DNA of 60,299 nt, the filler included. It is 6 parts of 6 records of this genome, joined end to end, with 100 filler letters (N's around TTAATTAATTAA, not from the genome) between each part and the next. Parts side by side here need not be neighbours in the genome. Positions count along the whole stretch, not along the records: positions 44,739 to 54,093 come from SRR31147125_52024; positions 54,194 to 60,299 come from SRR31147125_52045; 4 more parts are not named here. One strand, written 5' to 3'. Below are positions 52,152-60,299 of this stretch, piece by piece. Positions within the stretch are counted from its first letter, which is position 1; every line of letters begins with the position of its first letter. A model generated the notes under the pieces. That model saw only the letters and a program-made list of their open reading frames with translations. It did no database searches and was not told the DNA's origin. The translations under genes and the position numbers were made by a program.

Positions 52152-52238
52152 ATGAAGGCACTAAAATGCCGTCCTGGCGATTTATTAACGCTTTCTGTTC
52201 GAACCCTAAACTTTTTCACAAGACAATTACAACAAAAA

Positions 52239-52541
52239 TTATAATATATCCTGTGTATATAATAGGAACGCATTATCAATTAATGTGTTCCTATTATATA
52301 TGATAGATAAACTGCCTTGTGAATCGGAACTATCGTCAGGTGTTATTACCATGGTTCGAATAACTACTGAATCAGTGAAAGATATTAAATATCCATTATA
52401 CACTGTCTCTTTTTTAAGCAATACTTCATCAGAATCTTCTGAAAGAAGATCCACACTATCAACAAAACCTTCAAATCCTTCCACCTCACCAAGCATATAT
52501 GAATACCGGCTTAGACTCTTAGATGAAACTTCTATTTTCAT
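52239..52541 (-). CDS. Short hypothetical ORF or gene fragment
   Basis: 100-aa ORF with no recognisable motif. Confidence 0.3.
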   Translation of the reverse strand: MKIEVSSKSLSRYSYMLGEVEGFEGFVDSVDLLSEDSDEVLLKKETVYNGYLISFTDSVVIRTMVITPDDSSDSQGSLSIIYNRNTLIDNAFLLYTQDIL

Positions 52542-52698
52542 TTCGAGAAAAAGAAAGCTATGGAGTATTTGGAATGGGTTATGTTGCTATAAATAAATAT
52601 TTGAAGTTCTATTCTCCAAAATTTAAGTCCGTTTATTAAGCATGAGAGGATATACATTGGATATAATAACCTATAATATATAAGCGCAATTATGTTAA

Positions 52699-53782
52699 TC
52701 AATATGCTATCTTCATGATACTTGAAGCGGCGAGACAGTCTTTATCTTCTAATCTTCCGCTACAATAAGATATAAGCATACTGCCGTCGTTTGTGAAGAA
52801 AGCGGCCGGATAGCAGTATCCAGCATGCGGATCCCCTTCTATAATGATGGGCTCGCTCCAGCTTGTTCCGTCATCCGTACTAACTGCATATACGATGGGG
52901 GTCCTGCCGGTAAAGCCATGGATTATTTTACGGCCGTTATAATTCGGTATGGGATTCCAAACGGAAACAAGTGCACCATCAGGACGACGTATAATATGCA
53001 TTGGGGAATTAGGAGGTGAACCTAGATTGCTGTGCTGCTGTCCAGTGTTCTCCGCCGTCGAACGAAAAGCTCTCATATTGATACATTTTGTCCGTCCTGA
53101 AATATGCCCAAAGTACACCGTTATCCTTTTCGATAACACCTGGTTCCTGGAGGCCTGAATTCGTGTTTGTGAACGGAACTCCGATGGTATCGGCGCTCTC
53201 GTGCCACGTTTTCCCATCGTCGTCAGAAACCCTGAATGAAACGACTCCGCGTTGGTCGAAATATACTTTGTCCGGATTTGATGTATCATATCCTCCCCTG
53301 TGAAAAGCTACAGGCATTATAATCCTTCCGGAAGACGTTCTTATTACCCTATCATTGTTTAAAACATAATAACCTTTTCTGTCTTGAAGCGAACATATTT
53401 CGCAGGAATACCATGTTTCTCCGTCATCGCTCGAACGTACAAGATGATGATATCCAATTGAAGGCGTACTGCGAGAGCCGAAAAACATACCTAAATCGCC
53501 GTTTTGCATGCGAATCAAAGACACGCTCATTATATTGTGTGAATTGAAATCCTTTGGACCAAATAAAAGCTGGGGTCGAGTCCATGTATCACCTTCATCC
53601 GAAGAAAAACAGATAGCAATATGTGAAGGGGCGTCATCGTTAAAGCCATCGGTAAAACGGCTGTAAGCATACATTATTCGTCCGTCAGCTAGACGTATAA
53701 ATGCGCCTTCGCTGTGTCGTGTATATTTTCCGTCTGGACGTAGGTCTAGAACTATTCTACCTGCTTTGCTGTTTAAATCCAT
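52699..53782 (-). CDS. Sialidase-like BNR (Asp-box) protein, split by a frameshift near 53010
   Basis: SSDEGDTW, SSDDGETW, SDDDGKTW, SFDGGEHW, STDDGTSW boxes; QEP, GRTP and YCYP motifs. Confidence 0.85.
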
Positions 53783-54093
53783 GTTAGTCACTCCTTTATA
53801 AGTAATAATAGATGTCATGTTTAGAATTCAACATCATGTTTATTCATCTTTCTTAATATGAGGGTCTATAATACGTTTCTGCATAGGTTCGTTGACAATT
53901 ACGCATATGGCAAGCTGTGTAAAGGAAAAAGCATTAGAAGAAGGAAAGGCAGACTATACGGAAAAAATAGTTTCCAAACAAAGAAAATTCCTATTCCTAT
54001 AAGCATGATCAAGGCGGTTCTTTTCCACTCAAGGAACAGCAGTAAAAAAGCGTTTCTAAGGCATTTAAGCGGCCCAAGCTGAAGTGTGGTTAT

Positions 54094-54193
54094 NNNNNNN
54101 NNNNNNNNNNNNNNNNNNNNNNNNNNNNNNNNNNNNNTTAATTAATTAANNNNNNNNNNNNNNNNNNNNNNNNNNNNNNNNNNNNNNNNNNNN
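54094..54193. other. Artificial contig spacer
   Basis: N-ttaattaattaa-N. Confidence 0.98.
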
Positions 54194-54503
54194 TTTGATC
54201 CACAACTATTGACAATATCTCCAAAATTAAGGATATGGTACCTACAATCCGAATATTTTTAAAAGATCGGATTGCCAAAATCATGGTAACGAATAGAAAA
54301 AAGTGGTTAGCGAACAGATACAACAGACCGTAAAATACAATTACAGCCTCTTTTTCCGGTTTTAATAACCATTCCTTAAAATGTATTATCTCGGTAAAAT
54401 TATAAACCACCCAGATTAATGATGTAATTGAGATAAACACAGATACAAACGCAAAAGCTCGTAATATTTTGGGATTATTATTCTCTTTTGTTTTTGTCGC
54501 CAT
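54194..54503 (-). CDS. Membrane protein, 3'-truncated
   Basis: gagga RBS, MATKTK start, three hydrophobic segments. Confidence 0.65.
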
Positions 54504-54552
54504 TGTTATTTCCTCTTTCACATTTAAAAAATACAATTCTAACCTGTAAAAA

Positions 54553-54762
54553 TCAGTCATTATCAATAATAAAAAAAATGTCCTCAACTTTTTTATCAAA
54601 ATAGCGTGCAATTTTTAAAGCCAGCAATGTCGAAGGAACGAACTTTTCCTTTTCTATGGAAAAGATCGTTTGTCTTGTGACTCCAACTATATCTGCCAGT
54701 TCCTGCTGTGTCATCTCATTGTTGTCAAAACGACAACGCCGCAAACAATTACCCAGTTTCAT
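54553..54762 (-). CDS. XRE-family HTH transcriptional regulator
   Basis: MTQQELADIVGVTRQTIFSIEKEKFVPSTLLALKIA..F...VEDIF. Confidence 0.92.
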   Translation of the reverse strand: MKLGNCLRRCRFDNNEMTQQELADIVGVTRQTIFSIEKEKFVPSTLLALKIARYFDKKVEDIFFIIDND

Positions 54763-54808
54763 AGAATTTATCCTTAATGTAACCATAACAAGTATAGTGC
54801 ACATCAGT

Positions 54809-54870
54809 AATGTAAACTTTATTTTACTTTTGTCAAGTATTTTTTACATTATGTAAATTATTTTTAACAT
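54809..54870. promoter_or_regulatory. Three tandem imperfect palindromes, putative XRE operator
   Basis: tgtaaactttattttact, tgtcaagtattttttaca, tgtaaattatttttaaca at 20-21 bp spacing. Confidence 0.55.
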
Positions 54871-55177
54871 AAATCTTGATAAAATAAAAAAATGGTTAAT
54901 CTTGATATTAATGTAGCTCTATCCCGGGCATAATATCCATGCTATATCCTTACTTTTATTTATTAGATATACACTTGCTATTCTCACTAAATTTTGTTAT
55001 AATTAATTGCTTATTGATTGTCGATCTTTGAAGCGTTTGTCGCAGTATAATTCCAGCTCTCTTTTTCCATTTTTGAAAAAAGTTGTGTTATTCCCTCTTT
55101 TCTCTGATGAATTATCTGCAATCATTTTTCATAATTTGAAAAAACACTTAATTTTTCACAAAGACTTTTCCTCCATT

Positions 55178-56239
55178 ATGGCCATTAAAACTATTAATCC
55201 ATCAAATGATCCCAGATGGGATTCCTTTATTTTTTCACAGGAACAAAGCACAGTCTATCATCACTCTGCCTGGAAAAATGTACTCGAAAAGACTTGTAAA
55301 CATATTCATCCCCTCTATTTTATTAATGAAAATAATAATAAAGAACTAGAATCCGCAATTCCAACTTTTTTTGTAAACAGTTTCATGACAGGTAAGCGTC
55401 TTGTTTCATTACCCTATTCGACGCGATGTAATCCTGTAGGTGATAATGAAGATTATTTAAAAGAGACCATTATAGCGATCAACTCTGAAGCGAAAAAATT
55501 AAACGCAGAGTATGTAGAATTCAGGATGCTGAATCATAATAGTTTATTTGATACAATTTCAGATGGAATATGCAGCCACTATATAACTCATATCCTCCCG
55601 TTAAAAGGAACAAAAGAGGACATCTTTCAGTCATTTCACAGAACCATGATTAAGCAAAAAATAAGAAAAGCCGATCGTTATGGTCTCAAACTTTTTATCG
55701 GAAAAGACCAAAAAGACATGGAAACGTTTTACCGGCTTCATCTCTTAACCCGGAGAAAGCTCGGTCTTCCCGGCCAACCGCATCATTTTTTCACAAACAT
55801 GTGGGATGTTCTTTATCCAAAAGGATTAATGACTCTATTATTGGCAGAATTTTCCGATCAGATTGTGGCAGCTATTATTTTGCTAAAATACAAGGATTCT
55901 ATTTACGCAGAATACTGCGTATCTGATAAGGATTTTTTACATGTGCATCCCAATCACTGGCTTTTCTGGAAATCTATAGAATATGCAATAGATGAAGGCT
56001 ATAATTATTTCGATTTTGGTCGCTCCTCCAAAACAAACTGTGGTTTGGTAAACTTTAAAAAAAGATGGGGCACCGTAAGACATCCCCTCTGTTATTATTT
56101 CTACCCCAAAAATCCACGAATCTCTGCACCAACAGAAGATTCCTGGAAATATAAAACCATGAATACCTTTATTAAACATTCTCCCACAAAAATAACAGAA
56201 TGGTCAGGAAAAATATTGTATCATCATTTAGGTGGATAA
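55178..56239 (+). CDS. FemAB-related GNAT-fold protein
   Basis: WD.F....YHH..W, LVSLPY, IRKA, PN..LFW..I, FDFGRS, FKKRWG. Confidence 0.85.
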   Translation: MAIKTINPSNDPRWDSFIFSQEQSTVYHHSAWKNVLEKTCKHIHPLYFINENNNKELESAIPTFFVNSFMTGKRLVSLPYSTRCNPVGDNEDYLKETIIAINSEAKKLNAEYVEFRMLNHNSLFDTISDGICSHYITHILPLKGTKEDIFQSFHRTMIKQKIRKADRYGLKLFIGKDQKDMETFYRLHLLTRRKLGLPGQPHHFFTNMWDVLYPKGLMTLLLAEFSDQIVAAIILLKYKDSIYAEYCVSDKDFLHVHPNHWLFWKSIEYAIDEGYNYFDFGRSSKTNCGLVNFKKRWGTVRHPLCYYFYPKNPRISAPTEDSWKYKTMNTFIKHSPTKITEWSGKILYHHLGG

Positions 56240-56517
56240 ATATTACATTAATTCATACACACCTTACGATTTTCCTAATATCCACTCGCACGCCCTGTGT
56301 TTCAACTCACAATTAGATTAACAGTTCGTAAATAAATACCTCATCCGTTTCTATAAATTCGATCAGATAAAAAATTCCAGGCATTCATTTTTGCTAATTT
56401 CCTTGCAATTGTATTTCTATTCACTTACAATAAAAGATTAAATAGTTAAACCTAATACTGCACTTTAATCATCAGTTACCCATAATTCAGACACATTCAT
56501 TTAAAAGGTAAATCCAC

Positions 56518-57562
56518 ATGATCAAAAGATATCTGGTTCTTATTCTGTTTCTGGTATCGTGCACGCAGCCTGGTCCTGGAATAGACATTGAAAAAATCGA
56601 AAATTCTACCAGGGCTCAGCAGATCAGTGATATGAAATTCGGGATGTTTATTTGTTGGTCCTTTAGTACTTTTTCCGGCATGGAATGGACCAGGGGTATT
56701 ACTGATGTAAACTTTTTTAAGGCCAGCGGATGTGATACAGATCAATGGTGTAAGACGGCCAAAGAGGCCGGGATGAATTATATATTATTCCTGACCAAAC
56801 ATCATGACGGCTTTTGCTTATGGGATACTAAAACCACAGACTTTAAGGTGACCAATAGTGTTTTAGCCACAGATGTTCTTGCCAAACTAACTCAATCATG
56901 CAAAAAGTATGATTTAAAACTGGCTCTCTATTTTTCTGAAGGAGACTGGACGTGGATCCTGGATGAACTTCCTGCTGACGGAATAATACCAGGCGATAAA
57001 AATTACGGCCATCCGATATGGAGATCAAGTTCAAATTCGGAAATAAAAAAAGCCCAGTTAAAAGAATTATGTACCCAATACGGTTCGATTGAATTTTTCT
57101 GGATGGATCATGCCCAGGGAACAGGCGGTTTATCCCACCAGGAAACCATGCAATGGGTGCACACATTTCAGCCCAATTGTTTTGTGGGCTTTAATCATGG
57201 TGAACCTGCCGGCAGATTGGCTCTTAGAGAAAGAGGCAAACCCGGCACCATTGGAGACACCTCAGCCAGTAAATATAATAAAGACGGAGAGGCTTCGCAC
57301 AAAGAGCCTTGTGGCTGAATTTACCTATCCCATCCTGCCGAAACATAAAAGTGGAGCTGACTGGTTTTACTCCCTACCCATACATGATGGATTATGCCAT
57401 TCACCGGAAAAGATATTCGAGGATTATAAAGGGGCTGTTACGTTCGGTAATATTTTTTCCCTGAATGTCGGTCCGAACTATGAGGGTAAGATAAGAGACA
57501 TTGATGTTCAAACACTGCAAAAAGTGGGTAAAATGATTCAGGAATGGAGCTCTCAAAAATAA
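56518..57562 (+). CDS. Alpha-L-fucosidase (GH29) lipoprotein, split by a frameshift near 57300
   Basis: KFGMFI.W, AGM.Y...TKHHDGF.LW, FWMD nucleophile; C-terminal LNVGP...G.I in the second frame. Confidence 0.87.
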
Positions 57563-57606
57563 AAACCAGCCTCTGAGCTTGACATTATTCATTTTGATTT
57601 CGTCAA

Positions 57607-60182
57607 ATGGAGTTCGAAAAAATGATTACAAAGAGATCGAGAATATACATCCCTATACTTGTGACTCTTTTTGTTCTATTAGCAATCTTGTCCTGTACTT
57701 TACATAAAGAAAAGCAGGAAATCCTCAGACTTTTGTACAAAGAACCCGCCGCCCACTGGATGGAGGCGTTACCTATTGGTAATGGCAGTTTTGGCGCCAT
57801 GATCTTTGGCAAGACTGACAAAGAGATCATTCGTTTAAATCACGACACCTTTTGGTCAGGAGCTCCCAAAGACTGGAACAATCCGGATGCCGTGAATCAT
57901 CTTGATAAAGTTAAAAACCTGCTTAAAAAGAGAAAATACGCAGAGGCAAACGCGCTTGTAAAAAAGATGCAGGGCCCTTTTAATCAATCCTATCAACCTC
58001 TCTGTGATTTACAATTGACCTTTAACCACGGAAATCTGACGACTTATCAGCGTGAATTGGATATCTCAAACGCTCTGGCCAGAGTGAGCTATAAAGTGGA
58101 GAACACCACGTATACAAGGGAACTCTTTTCCAGTTACCCGGATCAGGTGATGGTGATTAAGCTCGGTTCATCTCAAGATGGCAAGCTGGATTTTACCGCG
58201 GGTTTCTCCAGCAAGGTGAAACATAAAGTGACAGTAGCCGGGGACATCCTAAAGATCCGCTGCAAAGCTCCCAAACATGTGGAGCCCAATTATAGAGGAC
58301 AATTTTCAGATGAAGAGGCTGTTTTGTACGACGACTGGGATGGCGAGGGCATGGAAGCGGATGTTTTGTTGAAAATTATTCCTTTTGGCGGTGAAATAAT
58401 TAAAACAGAACATTCCCTGGTAGTAAAGGGGGCTAATGAAGCCATATTGCTCCTCAGCTGTGGGACCAGCTTTGATGGCCGGTTCCGTTCTCCAGGGTTG
58501 GACGGTAAAGATCCCTATCAAATAGCCAACTCGCTTTTACAAAATGCGTCCACCACATCTTATAATGAGTTGAAAAAAATCATCTTGATGATTATCACAG
58601 GTTATTTGACCGGGTTTTACTTTCACTAGGTAATTCCAATAAGTCTGATCAACAAACCACAGACAAACGGCTGGGACTTTATCACGAAAACCAGGATCCG
58701 GATCTGGTGGCTCTGTTGTTCCAGTATGGTAGATATCTGCTCATCTCCTCTTCACGTCCGGGAAACCAGCCAGCTAATTTACAGGGAATCTGGTCGAAAA
58801 AAACGCGTCCGCCGTGGAGCAGTAATTACACACAAAACATCAATACTGAAATGAACTACTGGCCGGCTGAGACGTGTAATCTGTCCGAATTAACAGAACC
58901 GTTGATTTCTTATGTGAAGGATATGGCTGTCAATGGAGCCAAAACAGCCAGGATTAACTATAACAGTCCGGGTTGGTGTTCGCACCACAATGGTGATTTA
59001 TGGGCTCAATCAGCCCCGGTTGGCGATTATGGCCAGGGCAATCCCTGCTGGGCTAACTGGAGTATGGCTGGTCCGTGGTATTGTGAGCATTTGTATGAGC
59101 ATTTTCTCTTTACCGGCAACGAAGAGTATCTACGCACAATCGCATATCCGTTGATGAAAGGTGCTGCTGAATTTTTAATTTCCATGCTTGATGAGAACAG
59201 CAATGGTTATCTGGAAACATTTGCAGGCACATCACCGGAGAATACATATAATATAGGCAATTCAAGAGGATTATCTGTTTGCAGAGGTCCGGCAATGGAT
59301 CTGGCCATGACCAACGAACTGCTAACAAACTGTTACAATGCCGCTAAAAGACTGGAAACAGACCCGGACTTTCAGCAACAGCTTGAGAAACTTTTACCCA
59401 AGCTTCAACCATTTCGTATAAATGACAAAGGCATCCTCATGGAATGGAATGAGGATTTTGAAGAGTCGGATCCGCATCACCGGCACCTCAGTCATTTGTA
59501 CGGTTTCCATCCGGGCAACCAGATAAATCCATGGCAAAACAAAGAATTATTCGTGGCAGTCCGAAATTCTTTATTACGACGAGGCGATAAAGCCACAGGC
59601 TGGTCCATGGGATGGAAAACAAATCTGTGGGCCCGGATGCTGGATGGTGATCATGCATTAAAGATCATTAATAATCTATTCACACCGGTAAATCCCGGAG
59701 AGATCAGGTACAGGGGTGGAGGTTTGTATAAAAACATGCTGGACGCTCATCCACCCTTTCAGATCGATGGTAATTTTGGCGTCACAGCCGGAATCGCGGA
59801 AATGTTGCTGCAGAGTCATGCCGGAGCTGTTCACCTTTTACCAGCCCTGCCAGGTAAATGGCAAAATGGCTTAATCAAGGGTTTAAAAGCCCGCGGTGGA
59901 TTTGAGGTGGATATAAACTGGGAAACGGGTAAGATAAAAAGGGCTATCATAAAATCCTCTATGGGAGGTATGTGCCGCATTCGCTCGGAATGGCCGCTTA
60001 ACATAAAAGGAGCCCAACCAGCTCAGGGCGACTGTCGCAACGAATTCCTTAAATCCATCGATCCCGGCACACCACAGGTATTGGGTTCACCGGATTTATC
60101 TTTGAAAAATGTGAAAAAATATTACGAATACGATATAAACACACAAAAAGAAGATATTGTTACCATTCTGGCAGAAAAATAA
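57607..60182 (+). CDS. GH95 alpha-1,2-L-fucosidase family, split at the A7 run 58573-58579
   Basis: [51 protein letters not shown]; one added A restores [14 protein letters not shown]. Confidence 0.92.
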
Positions 60183-60299
60183 ATCCTTCTTTGGAGTCTC
60201 ATGACTGTGTCATTAGACCTTTTAAATGGATGATGTTCAATCTGGCATTCTTTGAATTGAGCGAACTCACAACCAGGAACGCGAAGCACAGCTTCTCAG

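Noticed and set aside
7524-54193. Five identical ttaattaattaa motifs in N-runs, and ORFs ending in X...LIN
   Set aside because: Artificial joins; gene adjacency across them has no biological meaning
57301-57330. TGA after TGT GGC in GH29 as selenocysteine or read-through
   Set aside because: The protein continues in another frame (LVAEFTYP), so this is a frameshift rather than recoding
32971-58629. Many split genes (HAD, phosphoesterase, surface protein twice, sialidase, GH29, GH95) as programmed frameshifts or phase variation
   Set aside because: They affect unrelated genes on different contigs, several at homopolymers with a repeated A7-for-A8 pattern; best explained by indel sequencing errors
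1-60299. CRISPR arrays, cas genes, reverse transcriptases, rRNA, transposases
   Set aside because: None recognised by inspection

Overview
The window is not one locus. It is six contigs joined by artificial 100-nt spacers (N-TTAATTAATTAA-N): A 1-7523, B 7624-30328, C 30429-37592, D 37693-44638, E 44739-54093 and F 54194-60299. Composition and gene content suggest several organisms; B, D and E look Clostridia-like (inference). A: LOG-family gene, a glycerol-3-P-dehydrogenase-like three-gene cassette, and a REC-degenerate GGDEF protein. B: the end of an integrative element (sigma-region-4 gene, ~600 nt densely structured non-coding region, excisionase, tyrosine integrase) abutting an intact tRNA-Arg(CCT) and a separate 5'-half tRNA-Arg. 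Host genes follow: murI, a SatD-TPR fusion, prmA, a GlmU N-domain protein, tRNA-Leu, an ABC-2 exporter, three paralogous solute-binding lipoproteins, a URO-D/MtaA-like protein and split aconitase X. C: trpB2 with a five-Trp leader-peptide attenuator, plus HAD, radical SAM, phosphoesterase and transglutaminase-like genes. D: lipase-domain proteins, a collapsed sortase B remnant and a large NPKTG-ending surface protein. E: a rhaA/sgbU/lyxK sugar cluster (candidate L-lyxose pathway) and a sialidase-like gene. F: XRE regulator, FemAB-like protein, GH29 and GH95 fucosidases. Several genes are split by small indels, mostly at homopolymers, which are probably sequencing errors. The best candidate for an undescribed system is the structured RNA between the sigma-like gene and xis-int, together with the split and apparently replaced tRNA-Arg. 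All calls come from manual motif recognition; no searches or folding programs were run.
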